64,000 nt of DNA from Lama guanicoe (lineage: Eukaryota): NCBI GenBank assembly GCA_013239625.1, contig MU054400.1:665146-729145 (forward strand), written 5' to 3'. The notes under the pieces are model-generated. The model was given only the letters and a program-made list of their open reading frames with translations, made no database searches and was not told the DNA's origin. Shown piece after piece: positions 13,401-28,400 of this stretch; the stretch's first letter is position 1, and the number at the start of each line of letters is the position of its first letter. Both the position numbers and the translations under genes were made by a program.

Positions 13401-16400
13401 ACTAATAAGACCTCAAAGCTACAGAAGTCTACAAGACATATGCATGTGGTCTGTTGCACAGCTAGAGTCACAGGCCTTCGTGTGCTTGGCAGATTGTTCT
13501 GGAGATGGGCCTTCTCGTCATGCCCACCAGGTCTCCTTGGCTGGAGCTTTAGGTCAGAGCTGACCAGATGGCAGAGGCAGGTACAGACATGGGCTTCTTC
13601 TCACCCCTAACTGTAACAGCTTTGAAATTCCAGATTTGAGCAGCATGAGTAAAGAATGATGGTGAAGTGCACTTGATTTTAATCCAAGAAATCAGTCATT
13701 GGTCTTTTTAATAAAAAGAAATTTTCTTTAAACCAGCATTACAAACTCAGTTCTCTTGCTCTCCCTCTTTATGGAATACTTCTTCCTGTTTTTGAATAGC
13801 TCAGTTCTTCCATGTGTTAGGAAAAAAACTTTCCGTGATCCAGATGCTCATCCCTGCTGCTAACCTATTTCTTGCATGTCCTTTTTTTCCCCTCTTTCCT
13901 GCCTGTCTTTTAATGGCTAACCTTCGCCCTCTGGTTGTTGATTTTTCAGGTTTTGTTTTTTAACCGTTTGTTTCCCTCCTTGAACCATTGCATTTTTGCT
14001 TCTGTCCTCATTACCTCACTGAAACTATATTCAGAAGTCATCAATATCTCCTTCCAAACCAAATCCAGGGCTGATTTATAATTACTTAACCTTTTTGGCT
14101 GCACAATAGCCCCTGATGCTTTGACCATTCCCCTCTTGAAATGACAAGCTCTTTCTGTTTCTTTCTCCATGCTGTCTTTGTTTTTCTAACTAATTTGTTC
14201 ATACTTCTCCTTTCCCATTTCTAAACTGGCAGCTTTCACCAAGAGTCAATCATTAACCATCAACAGTTTAACTTTGAACTCAATTATCTTTTTGAATTCA
14301 ACTATATACAGTGTTCTTCTCCTTCTTGTCTTTAAATTTTCATCTACTGTATCATTTAAGGTCTGACCCCAAATATCCTCTTCCAAAAGAAGCTTCCCTT
14401 TCTTATCTCCTGTCTCACTTTGGCCACTATTATCCAGAATCTGCTGGTGTCTTATTGCCAAAATCTGAACCTTAATAGATACTCAGTTGGTATTAGCTGA
14501 AGAAATGAATGTTCCTGAATGTGCTACTGGAAAGGCAGCATGAAACTGGAAGCAAGAGATCAATTGAAAGTTGGACAAATAGGACCAATACCAAGGCTTA
14601 ATTACCTTATTTTAAAGGACTTTTAAACATAAAGCACCACAATGAAATTAAAAATCTTGTTAAAGCTTTCAACTGACTAATTGGATATGAGACCCTAAGA
14701 AGGTAGAAGAATGTAGAGTGAAGGTCAAGGTGACTGAACGAGGTAGAATGATATGGGAATACAAATAATGGCCTTATTCTACCTGAGGGCTTTGCCTCAC
14801 TCTGCTCTTCAAGACCTTTAGTTTAATACACTTATTGAAAACTTATTAATATACCAGTCACCATGAAGAAACAGAAGGGAATGAGACTGTTTATTGAGTT
14901 CCCAGAGTTCATGCTCTAACATTTAAGACACAGTTAACTTGATGTTCTACTAGAAATAACAAAGTCTGGGAGCTCTTTGAGGTGAGTGTGATCTGGCTAG
15001 ATGATTAAGGGAACCCTTCATGAAAAAGATAGAATTGAATTGGTCTTGAAAACTAGGTTTAAAATCAAGAAAGCTTAGGATCTCTTGAGAGAAGAGGAAG
15101 TCACCCATTTATGGAACCCAGGATCTATGAAGATGAAGGAGTGGGAGATGACTGGAGAGGTAGGACTGGCTCCTTGGTGCCAGACCTAGACATTGGGAAT
15201 TCATTTGTCTGGCTGTGGGAAGCCACTGAGGGCATCAACGTGCTTCTTTATGAAGATTAGTCTGGTGACAGTGAGTAGAGTATTTTGGGACCTAAGCAGT
15301 TTGGGGACTTAAAATAACCCAGATGAAGAATAATAAAAGTCTGTTATGGATTTTAAAGTGGGACAGAAAAGGAAGGTATACAAGATTTCAAAGGTAAATA
15401 GGAATCAACATCAATGGGAAAGGAAAGAACCCAAATGTGGCTCCAGAATTTTACACTTTTGGAATGGTGATACCAAGAACAGAAAAGGGCAGGTCAGGAG
15501 AACCAGGTTTATTGGTGACAGTGAGTTCAGTTTAGAAATGTGAGTTGGAGGAGTAAGACATCTAGCGAGGGATGCTCTACATGGAGTTAGGGATATTTGA
15601 AGAAAGATCAAGGTTTAAGGATGATAGCCACAGTTGAGAGCAGTAGATGAAAGGATAAAGAGTGAAAATGCAGAACCTTGGCAGATGAAGAGGGAAAAAA
15701 ACATCATTTAGGGTCAGAGAAAAGAGGTGGAGTCAAGGAAAAGAGGTGGAGGCAGGGAAAGATGGTAGGGGAAAACTAGGGCACCGTATTGGGGCAAGAA
15801 AGCACAGAGGTAGGGAAGCTTTTCTGATAGTCTAGAGATGAGGTTCTGCCAGTAGAGAGGCAAGAGCAGGCGTAGAGGGGAAGGTGAAGTGAGATACAAT
15901 ATGTAGGAAAATTGACAAGATTTGGTGATTAAAATATGGAAAGAAAAAGGAGGATAGCTCTAGATTTTGAGTTTGTATGATTCTGACAAGTGATGCTGTT
16001 ACTAATAGAAATAGGGAACCCTATAGAGGGTGGGGTTTAATAGGAAGATGCTAACTTTTACTGTAGTTAGAGGGAATCTGAAGTGACTGTGAAACCCCAA
16101 GCACAGATGTCCACTAGACAGTTGGACATATAGGACTGAAACTGAGGATTCAGGGCAATGCAGAAAATGTAGATTTTGAAATCATTTGCTTTTAGGTGTG
16201 TTGAACCCCACTGCATAAATGAATTTCTGAAAGAGACAGGCGAGAGAGAAAAGCAGAGGCCAGGGACTGGGAACAGGCTTCATTTAGATTGTAATTTGCC
16301 CAAGTGAATTCCTCAAGGGCAAAGAGGAGTCCTACACCCTGGTTTTACTCTTCCTGCCCCTGTGCTAAGTTCATGGAAGATGCTTACTGAAGATTGTGCA

Positions 16401-19400
16401 GTGATGGTGATTATAAAATTTTAGCCCTTTTATGCCTACATTATAGCTTTCGTATAGGTGAGTTCCTACTCTACAGGAGACTTAACCTTTCCATCTCTTA
16501 CTGCTTCTTTCCCCCATTGCTCTTACCTTATTCTCTCTTTCTGATCTTTACAGTAGATATTCCCATATCAATTCAAAGACTCATTTACAGAAGACTTATC
16601 TTGTAGGCTTTTTAAAAACTTAGATTAAATGTATCCATTAGTCAAAGTGGCACTTTCATAAATAAAAATGACTTTTTGTTTGTCTTTTCCTGGTAATCCA
16701 GAATTTATCATGCTCAGTGAAGTTTTGATAAGTAGTGTTACATTCAACTTTTTATTTTAGGATTTGAGATAATGTGTTTGTTGAACTAATGAAAACCGTA
16801 CTGATGTTTCTTGCTGTCTGGCTTTATTGTATTATCTCATTAATGTCTAGGATTCAGTTGAAGTTTATACCATTGACTCTCTAATCTGATATGTTTTAGG
16901 CAAGGTAAAGAATCCTGAATGGAGCAGAAATGAAATTCCACATAGTTGTGGTGAGGTCTGCAGAAAGAAACAGCCTGGCCAGGACTGCCCACATTCCTGT
17001 AACCTGTAAGTTGGAACACTAGAACCCTGGGGATTTCTGGTGACCATGCTTTGCTTGTGGCTCTAGTTAGCATGTAACAGGACTGGGTGAACGATAGTGT
17101 GGTATTCTTACTGAGCACTTGCTGTGTGCCAGCTACTCTACAAAAGTTGACTCTTTGAATCCTTACTACAGGCCAGTGATGTATAGATATTTATCATCTG
17201 CATTTTACACATGAGGAGAGAAGTGCACAATAATACAGTTGATCAGTTACAAATAGCAAATATCTACAAGCTTTGACTTCAAAGGTTTAATTCCTAGGTT
17301 CATCACTTAACGGTTATGTGATGTTGGACAAATTACTCCTCTGAGCCTCAGTTTCTGGACTTGTAAGATAATAACGATGTGATCAAAAAACAGTCACAGA
17401 TTTCTATGAATATTTAACTAAGACACTAAAGAGACTTGGTACAGAGACTTGGTATACTTAAGAGACTGTGGTAAGTGGCCAAAAATTGGTAACACTTGCT
17501 TTTATTACCCAAATCTAAGAGTAAAACGGACATCAGAGTGTTATACTTGCCTCTACTGTTATCTGGCTTCTGCATGGAACAGGCTTGGACCGGAAGTCTT
17601 GTGATCAAGAGTAGGGGTGGTGCTGGCGAGTATCAGCATGGGCAGAGCTATTCAGACTGGGCTGCCATCTGCTGGGCAGTCAGCACGCCTTCCCCCTTCC
17701 TTTGACCGCTTCCATAGGTCAGAACCCAGGGACTCATCTATTTAAACTGTTCCTTCCCTTAGTGGGCATTTTAAGTAAATTCAGTGATGAGAGAAATTAA
17801 TCCTCTGCATGAATTATCTTTTCAAAGCCTTCAGCAGAAATGGGCCCCTGTAATGACTACCAAAGAACACAAAATGTGATGCAGATCAGGTGGTCATTCA
17901 TTTAGGAAGCATTTTTTAAAACACCAATGCGCAGTGTCCACCTTAGAGCGATTGAATCAGAATCTCCTGAGGATGGTCAGAGCCTTTGTAGTTGTAAAAG
18001 CTTTCCAGGTGATTCTAACATGCAGCCAGCGTTGCAAACCACTGTTCTAAAGGTTATGGGATACTGGGGTTAAGTTCAGGCCTCAGGGCTACTTGAAATA
18101 ACCTGGAATCATCCACACCTGACCAGTAGTTTATCTATCAGTCTAAAGTTATTTAAATATGCAACCATGAAAATAGCTTTACCTGAAAGGGTTGAGGCAT
18201 ATTATGTGAAATATAACTATTAAATAATGATACTCATCTTTAAAGAAGCATGCTTCAATTTATATCTCCTGTGGGTTCTGCCTGTCAAAATGGGTCACCT
18301 TGACACATGTTCCTGGATTGTTTTCACTGTTTAAAGAGTCATTATAACTGATTTAGGACTCACACAAAAAAATCCAACCAGACCACTTTATAGGCATACC
18401 TGGTTTTTCTAGCAAATTCTATTACCCACTTGATTAATTAGACTTGGCTCTGATTGGCTTTTAATTCCCCAAGGATTATGATTGTAGCTGCCCCTGCAGC
18501 CCCCCAAAAAAGTTTTCATAGAAATTTCCAAATTGTTTTAAGTATTTTTTTTTTACAGATGTGCGGTTTACCAGGGGTATCTGCTTTGAAGAGAGCAGTA
18601 TTTATTTGTAAATATAATTCCATTTTGTGATTTTTTTTCCTTTGGTCTCTTTATATCATAGCTCATATAAAAAGCATTCTCTTCAGAGGCCTAATTCTGA
18701 CCTGTAGCATATCACTAAGCCCAGCTCTTTCCATGAGTCCCTTTCCCTTTTGTTACTTAGCAGCATGCCTCCCCTCATGTTACCCTCCTTTTCAGTGTTC
18801 TTGTTGTTAGCTCATCACCTGGTTTTCACTTCTCTGGTGAGAAAATCTCTGTACTTCTCACGGACCTAGCAGATTTGAGCTTTATTACTGTGCTCAGGTT
18901 CTGATCCTCTAAAGGACTCCATTGGCTGGCAAGCTCTTTTTGTCCCTGCACACTGTGTTAAGTGGGCCAAGACCATATTTGGAAATGTTATCTTTGACTG
19001 TCAGACCCAAATAAAACCAATATTTTGACTTGGGCTTTACTTTTCTGGTTAAGTAGTCTAAGATGATAATGCTATCAATTATTTCAATATAAAAATGTTG
19101 TATCTTTGTTTAAATAGTTTAATAATCAACTTTAGACAAATACTAAAACATTTCATAGTAGGTTTGTTTGTGGCCATGGTAGGGCCCAGTTGGGGCAGCT
19201 TTTTGTTCAGGTCTGGATACATGGGTATGATTTATTCATCACAGCATTTCTTTTTCAGTCTCTGCCATCCTGGACCTTGCCCACCCTGCCCTGCCTTTAT
19301 GACTAAAACATGTGAATGTGGTCGGACCAGGTAAAGTTAGAATTGTACTCCAAAGAAGACTTATGTTTCCACACTGATGATTTATGTATGAATTTCTAAA

Positions 19401-22400
19401 ATAAAAGATCAGTAGGTAGGTGCAAATAGTATTTATTTACCACCATTAATAAGTGGTAGGTGTAAATAGTACTTTTCTGTCAATAATAATGTTCTGTCCT
19501 GCCTTAAGGCTGTTTTGCAGTCTTATAAGTGATTAAAAAGTTGTATCATAGTGAGATTACCCATTTCAGGCCAAATACCAAGGTGATAGGGACTTTCTTC
19601 TTAACCTCTCTAGTGGGTGAAAGAACCAGGAATTGAACCCAGGCCTGCTAAGGTCCAGAAGGCAGAGACCACTTATCTATGCCTAGCATAGTGTCTAGTG
19701 TCCAGGAAGTTTTCAGTGAATATTGTTGAATGAAGTAGTTAGTGGCCCTCTGATCCCACTCTGTTTTCATTACCGTACAAGTTCTGCTTCATCAGTGCAA
19801 GGATCACTGATAGCTGTGGAGTGCCTCTGAGGCCCAGTTAAGACCATAAATGGTTTCTGAACCATAAGACAGGATGGGATCGTGCAGATTTTCAGTGATA
19901 ATAAGCATTTTTAATTTTTTAATGTTTTTGAATTGAAGTATAGTTGATTTACAATGTTATATTAGTTTCTGATATACAGCATAGTGACTCAGTTATATAC
20001 ACACACACACACATTCTTTTTCTCTTGGCAAGTCCTTATCCATAGCATTTTTTTAAATGTTTACTGAACTTACAAAGATAACAGTGTGGTCTGAGAGTCA
20101 TGTACAAATACTGTGAGTCAGAAAGACCAGGTCAGATTTGGGCTCTGCCACTAACTAGTTTGTTGACCTGGGCAAGTTGCTTGCTCTTTCTGAGCCTCAT
20201 TTTTCTTACCATAGATAGAAATACTGGTGTCTTCTTCAAGGGGTTGATGTTAGCTGTGATGCTGATCACTGGAAACTGATAATCTATGTAAATAATAGTG
20301 ACTTTTTAAAACAAAATATGTAGTTAAAGTGGGAGTAGGGGATAGGATAAAACTCTTTGTGGGAGAGTAGACTCCAAGCTCTAAACCATTACCCTGGAAA
20401 GAAACCTGAAGGCATTTGTCTAAGAGCACTGGCCTCACATCCTTCTCTAGCTAATCAGTCAGCAAAATCAGGAAGTTTATTAGAATAAAGCCAGAATAAT
20501 TTCCCTATGCTGAATCAAAGTTACATACAGTATGTTCTTAAGTATTATAGCTGTAAAATGCCACAGTGCCAGGTCCCAGGAGAGTGCCATTGTGCTTTCA
20601 TTCCAGGAATGTTCATTATAACTACACTTCCAACCTCCCTATCTGCATCTGTGAGATACTGTGGGAGCTCCAGGCTCCTGCATACTGCTTCAACTCAGAG
20701 AAGAAATCACATGTAACAAATTCATTGGAATAGCCTTCAGTTCCTCACTGGTCAGAAAATAGGGGAGCGAGAAAGGCAGAATGAGAAATAAGGAAAGCAA
20801 AGGAGAGAAAAGAGGAAAGAGTGGAGAAAGGAAGAGTAATTGAGGAAATGATTGGAGGAGGGAAACCGGAAAAGTAGGGGAAGCGGGGCCAAGAGAAAGG
20901 TTTAGTACATTTTGGAGGAAAATTAGATTAGCTGTCAAATAGGAACTCAATATCCAACATTAGACTAATGCTGTCTTTACATCTGCTATTTTTACAGGCA
21001 CACAGTTCGCTGTGGTCAGGCTGTCTCAGTCCACTGTTCTAACCCTTGTGAGAATGTTTTGAACTGTGGTCAGCACCACTGTGCTGAGCTGTGCCATGGA
21101 GGTCAATGCCAGCCTTGCCGTATCATATTGAACCAGGGTAAGTGGTGGGCACACCAGCCAGCAGTACTTGGGTACTTTTCTGGAACCTTATTTATGGTTG
21201 TCTCGATGACATGGATTTGTTTCAAGCCTGAAGTCACAAAGAGTCTATTAGGTCTGGTACCTTGGGTAGAAAGAACTGTATATATATGAATGGTTAGATA
21301 GTTTTTATTATTCTAGTTACACAGTAGTAGTATAGGTCATAGACCTATAGATTTTGGACAATAGAGTTTAAAATGCTGTTTAAAAGTAACTGCTTGGGAA
21401 ATTTCTTTAACTACTTGAAAAGGACCCAGAAAGGCCAAAATAATCTTGGAAAAGATGAAAGAACTGATTTTAAGACTTAGACTTTTTATCAAGTTTTACT
21501 CGAGTGTGATACTATTGATTTATGTTAGCACTTAACAATAAGAAATAGCCCTATGAAGTGTTTTGTGATGTATGCTGTAAGGATTTTTTATGTAGGGCAC
21601 TATGCCATATATCATTCAGTGTTCTCTTTTTGGGTCCTCTTCGGAGAAATTCCTGTCTGGTCTTAGTTTCAAGAATAATCGCTTTTCCTCAAAGACTATC
21701 AATCTCTTTTTATCTTATGAAGCCTGTATAACTGACCGAATGTTTGTCTTTATAGTGCGTATTTCTTAGCAATGATTCATTCTATTTCCCTACCATTGTT
21801 TTTCTTTTTACATCTTTTAATTTATGTTCTCTTGATTTATTTCATATATCTTTATATGCTGCCTCAAATCCATTTTGAGATAAGGCAGGTTAAGTATATG
21901 TTGGCAGTCTGGGCTTAGCAGTACAGGTTGTGGTGTGGAAGAGTCTCTTTGAGCTGGACCACTTTTGGCTCTTGATACATATTGAGCTTTTACTCAGCTA
22001 AATTACCCAAGTCTTTTTTGTCAAATTTGCATAAATCTCAGTCTCTTTCTTTCTGTTTTTGTGTACATAGCTGATTTTTCAAAACCAGTTGAAGACTTTT
22101 TGTTTGTCCATATTAAATGTCTAGCAAAGTATTTTGACCATCAGTATAGTTTATTTATCTTCTTGAACTGTAATTCTCTTAGGAGTACTTTCAGCCCTGT
22201 CTAGAGGTTTAATAAGCATTTCTGGGTCTTCATTCATGTGTTGATTTAAAATGCTGAACAGATTCAGGCTGACAACAGAGACCTTCCTGCAGACTGTCTT
22301 TGGTTCCTTAATACTCTTTAACTAGCAGCAACTCCACTCAACTCTTCTGTCACAAGTTCATATTTCTGTCTCATGCCTAAGCATAGTAGAGTTGTTTTAG

Positions 22401-25400
22401 TATTATACTCAGATTATCTCCTGATTGATCAGGGGCTCCACTTTGTTTTTATTGTCACAATTTTTCTGACCCTTGATTTTTTTGATTCATAGCTGTCTTA
22501 TACCTCTGGGGGGAAAAAAAGCCTCTGTTCTATTTGAACAGAAACTTAGCAAAGGAAGGCTTGCTCGCAGAGGCTCCCAATTGCTAGGATTTATTTAACA
22601 ATTCATTGATTTCACCAATGGTGATTGCACCAGTAGTGACTGCATTTCCTGCATCTATATTAATTCATATAATAAGTCTTTATTAAATAAGTTTTAGAAC
22701 AGGAGATGAAACTGCACATGTACTTACTGGAAGATTAAATGTTTATTTTAAAAATCAAGAGTCTTGAGTCTTTAGTGACAGTTTTCATTATAGACTGAAA
22801 ATGTAAAGTGACACTTATCAGAAAAATTATGTAAGCTGATGAAAAATAGTCCTTATGAGACTTTGTTACATACTAATTTGTCAGAAAGTAACTCCTTAAA
22901 CATAACATGTATTTGTTGCCAATCTGAAGAAATAAAGCACCCTATTATTCCTTGAACACACAGAAAAATCTAAAGATGTTAGACTAGGTTCTCTATCTAG
23001 AAAGTGTAAGTCTCAAGTTATTTGAAACACTTTTTACTCATTGTCAATACTCAAACATGATTACTTCAAATTTAATGTAGTAGAATACAATTAATAAGGA
23101 TTTTATATTGTGCTAATTTCTAAATATCTTATTTAGCAACAGAGACTTTTTCCAAGCATTTTATGTGAATCCCAAGGTATAAAGTATTAAATCTGTGCCG
23201 CCTGGTTGAAGTGAGGATGGGATCCAGTCATCACCTCCTCCATCACTACCACTGGTTTAACTTCTATCTCCTGCATCTATCTCCTAACATCTGCAGAGGA
23301 CCCCAGGGACCCCTCGATCCATGGTTTTCAACCACAGCCTTATGGACCACAGAGTAGTCTTTTAACTTAGAGGATTGCTTCACTTTAATGCTCATGTTGG
23401 GATGTGCTGCAGGCGCACCATGAGATATTGACAAGGCCTTTTTTATTTCTGCTTATGGTAAAGCTCTTCGATGGGTCTTAGAGCTGCTGTATAAGCCGCA
23501 TTTATTTCTGCATCAGGTCTGCTCAACACTAATAAATAGCATTTTCTGTCTTCTTAATAGATTGCTTAGAATATTTTAAGCACCTATACAGATTACTAAT
23601 CTTTTGTTTTTGAAATTATGTCCTCAAGTATGCTACTGTGGCAGCACCTCCCGGGATGTGTTATGTGGAACAGACGTAGGAAAGTCTGATGGATTTGGGG
23701 ACTTTGGCTGTTTAAAGATATGTGGCAAGTAAGGTTTTATGTTTTTCTCAGTTAGAATAAAGCTATATGTTATGCAACAATTATGTAACAGTCTGTTGTT
23801 TTTCTTAACAGGGACTTGAAGTGTGGGAACCATACATGTTCTCAAGTATGCCACCCACAGCCCTGCCAGCCATGCCCACGGCTCCCCCAGCTGGTGCGCT
23901 GTTGCCCTTGTGGGCAGACTCCTCTCAGCCAGTTGCTTGAACTTGGAAGTAGTGGTCGGAAAACATGCATGGATCCTGTCCCTTCATGTGGAAAAGTGTG
24001 CGGAAAGCCTCTGCCTTGTGGTTCCTTAGGTAACTAGTAGGCATAGAGTTGTTTTTAAAAAAGTGAATGTAAATATTTGGCAGCAGTGACTCCTCAGGCA
24101 AAATAGTACATAATTTCAGTTACAGTATCAGAGGTTTTGCTAAATATTATGATCAAATTTGTGTGGGCACTTTTTCTTTCCTCTCCAAAGTATACTCACA
24201 CTTGCCCTATTGATCTCTCTTTCTAATTCGAGTGTTTTATTGCCAACTCAGGACAGTTTTGGTTGGATACTACTTAGAGGAGTAGGGGATGATTTCTCTT
24301 AGTAGCTTATACTAGTATGAATGCCAGATATCCTTTTATCACTAATTTAGGGTTCAGCAAGTGTTTAAAAGCATTTTCATATAATAGAAACATCTTAAAA
24401 TAATTGGGTGAGATGTTTAAGAACTGAAATTTTAAGTACAATTAAACTTCAGCCATTTGAACCACTCAAGAAGCAAGCTTCTCTACAGCTAAGTTTCCCA
24501 TCTAGCTGAGGATAACACCTCCTCAGTTTTTGTAGACGGACGTTTTTCTAAAATTTACATTCCCTTCTTCCTTTAGACAGAGGTCACTGGAGATAATTTC
24601 TTTCCCCTTGTTTGACCCAGACTCATCATTTCCCAGAACCTCAGCTCTCGTATTACTCTGAGTACAGTAATTCCCTCAGGGCTTGCTGAGGTTTCTCGGG
24701 TAATTTCCCCGTAGCAATGTACAGGTTGAATTGTTTTCCTTACTTGTTAAAGCTTTTGTTTATTTTTTTTGTCAGTGCTTTTAGTGTGCCTATGTGCCTA
24801 CCTTTAGTGACTCTCCCTTTCTTCTGACTTGTGGCTTCTGATTACTTGGATATAGAAACTAGAAAAACTTTGTTGGAATTAGCTATAAAGTAATAGTCTG
24901 AGTTTCTGATTGAGACTTTCTGAGGCAGTCCTTGGGAAATGTACATGTACAGTTTTGAAATGACTTGGCAACTTCTCTCCTGAGTGAGTGTTCAAAAGCT
25001 GTGTGTTTAGAAAAATGAAAGTGCATAAATGAATCTGAGTAAGCAAGATGTTCCTATAACTAACTGTGGTAAAGGTAGAATCTTCAGGTTTGGTATCCAT
25101 TTTTTCAGAAAGAAAGATTTCACATTTCTTTCAAGTACCAGTAGGAGCATTCTGCCTAATTCCTTTTGTCATTCTGACATTAAAATTATGTATAGAGGAG
25201 AAATGCTCTCTTCTCATATCTTTTTTTTTTTCCTTCTCACATCTTAATACATGTTCCAACCACATCAGGAAAATCAATCATCTCTTGCTTCTCTGTGTCT
25301 ACTGTAAAAATTTATCTTCAGATAAGCTCTGTGAAATAGAGATCAAATGACTTCTAATTCAAGAAGGATGGTAAAAATCTTCCCTCTTCAGAAAGTACGT

Positions 25401-28400
25401 GGGTCAGTTTTGTAAGAATTTCGTATGTAATGACTAGAAATCCTATCCTGAGGCTAAGATAGCTTGTTGGCAATGAGAGAAAGAGGAAACGTGAAATGAT
25501 AACATAAAGGGACCTGAGCAAGAGAAAGACAGTAGTTATCAGTATGAACAGACCTGGGGATAGGACAAGACCAGGTCTAGAGATTCAAGAGTAACTGCTA
25601 TACCTTAACAGAGTTTTAATCATGGAAAACTTTTAAGGAACTAGGGTGAGTTGGATTGAAAAGCTCAAAGACAAGCCCATGGCTAGTGGTAACAGTGGCT
25701 CTCATGTTTATTCAGACCTGGCTTATCTGTAGAAAGCTTGTTTAGGCCTTTTAGTATCTCCCCCAGTAGGAAATTTCCATCCTAGATACACAGTTTTAGT
25801 ACAAAATACTAGTTGAAGCTCTGCTTTCAGGATGGTAGCATGAGGAACTACGTGGACCTACTCCCAGCAAAACAAGCAAAGTGGAGAAAAACTAAAAAAG
25901 TAGCCATTTAAAGTCTGGGAATTGCCTACAGGCATACATCACATAAAGAAATTTTTATTGGAGAAAATCTACTAAAACTGAAGAACAGCAAGAATATGTC
26001 TATGTCATCTGAGTCACGCCCTACTCCTTCCCTCCCTGCTCCACCCCAGCTCAGCTCAGCAAAACCTCCATTCATGATGGGTGTTCCCAAGAAGATGGGG
26101 CTTCTTCTACCCTTAGCTCCTACGTCAGGTGTCACTTCCTCAGAGGAGTAGACTACCAGTATTTCTCATCCCCGCCAACCCCAAGTTGAAGAGGCTAAAT
26201 TTCTGATAAGCACAGCTGACAGGTTGGAGGTTTCCTCCCTCCACACAGTCCCTACTCGTAGATTGGAGACTGTCCCACTCACAACAGGCAGTACTGGGGT
26301 TACAATAACCCTCACCCCAGCTCACTTGTAGGGCAGAGGTTTCACAATGAGAGAAGCAAATCAAGAAAACCAGAAGCTGCTGTCCTACCCAGCACCCAGA
26401 ATAGTGGCTGAATGACTTTTCCCAGGGAGAGAGGCAGTCCATAAGGAAAGAGAGCTCCAAAATACTCCCCAAAAGAATTGACCTTAATTTGAAACAGTAT
26501 GGGGATGTTCAGTCCTAAGGGCCATTTAGATAACAGTAGCTCCTCTTCATTAAGAGCAACAAGCTGAACTGCGGGCCAGCTGGTTCACTGGAGAGAACCA
26601 GGGAAAGAGAGAGCTAAGAGGGTGTCAGAACAGACCTCAAAGACTGCCTCTGTCCAGATTTTATTGGATCAGACTGCTGAACAATTCATGCCTCAGGACA
26701 TTGTTGAAAATAATAATCAGCGAGCAATTAAGGGAGCCTCAGGACTGAGTGTCATACCAAATGAGACAGACAGCTTAACAGAGATCAGGAAAAGAGACAG
26801 AGGGAGCCCTGCTAAAACCATTGTCATCCCAGGGTGACAGTGCACATGCCCAAGGCTGTGCCATCTAAAGAGTGACACCAGTGTCTCAAACTGTAAGAGG
26901 TACAGACTTCACTAAAATAACCTAGCCGAGTCACAAAACAAATAAATAAGCAGACAACAACCAAAAAAAAAAAAAAACCCACAAGCTGTGGGAAGAGGAA
27001 GCATTATCTAGAGTTACTGTGAACCCAGAATGTCTAGTTTTCAACAAAAAAATTACAACATATGCAAAGGGGGAAAAACACAGGTAACAGAAATTTACTA
27101 TTTCTGTTTCAGTTTTCTGTGAAAGTGACCGATGTCAAGTTTAACAAAGACTTTGAGGTAGCCATTATGAATATATTCAAAGAACTAAAACCATGCTTGA
27201 AGAGGTAAAGGAGAGTATAAAGGCAGTGTTTCATTAAATTGAGAATATCAGTAAAAAGATAGAAACTATAAAGAAGAACCAAATGGAAAATCTGGAATTG
27301 AAAAGTCCAATAATTAAAATCAAAAATTCATTAAAGGAGCTCAATGGTAGATTTGAGCTGGCAGAAGAAGGGTACAGTAAATGGGAAGATAGACTTATAG
27401 AGATCATATAATCCAAAGAACAAGGGAAAAATGAAGCAAGAAAAAATGAACAGCACCTCAGAGAAATGTGGGACACCTTTAAGCACACAAACATACAGAT
27501 CATGGGAAGACAAGGAAGGGAGAAAGGAGCAGATAAATATTTGAAGAAATAATGATGGAAAGCTTTTCAAATTTATTTAGAGACAATCTACACATCTAAG
27601 AAACTCAACAAACTCCAAAAGGATAAATTCAAAGAGATCACACCTAGGCACATAGTAAAAATGCTGAAAGCCAAAGACAAGGAGGAAATCTTGAAAACAG
27701 CACTAGAAAAACGACACATCACATACAAGGGAAGCACTGTAAGAGCCACAGCTGACTTCCCAGCAGAAACAATGGCGCGCACTACATCGTGAAAGGTAGT
27801 GGGATGACCTGTTCAAAGTGCTGAAACAAAAAAAATTGCCAGCCGGTAATTTTATAGCCAGCAAAGCTGTCTTTCAAAAATGAGGAAAACAGAAAGTTCG
27901 TTGCTAGCATTACAGTAAATACTAAAGAGTGGTCTTTAGGCTGATAGCAAGTAAACCCAGATGTAAACTTAAATCCACATTAAAAAAGAGTAAAGGTAAT
28001 TACATAATTATAAAAAGAAGTATAAATGCATATTTCTTCCTTTCTCAGCTGGTTTAAAAAGCAATTTTATAAAATAATATGTATATAAATTGTATTACTA
28101 GGCCTATAACATATAGAAACATACCTGACAATACAGCACAAAGGAGGTGAGTAGGATCAAAGATGTATTGGAGTGAGGAAATGATACCAGACGGTAACTC
28201 AGATCTGCAGGAACAAATGAAGAAAACCAGAAGTTTTCTGATTTAAGGAGATAAATATAACCAATTATAAATTTATACTTGCTGTCCTTTCTTTTCTCAA
28301 TTTCTTTAATAGGTATAACATATAAAGCAACAATTAATAAATTGTATTGTTGAATTTATAACATATATAGATGTGACATGTATAACAGTAATAGCACAAA

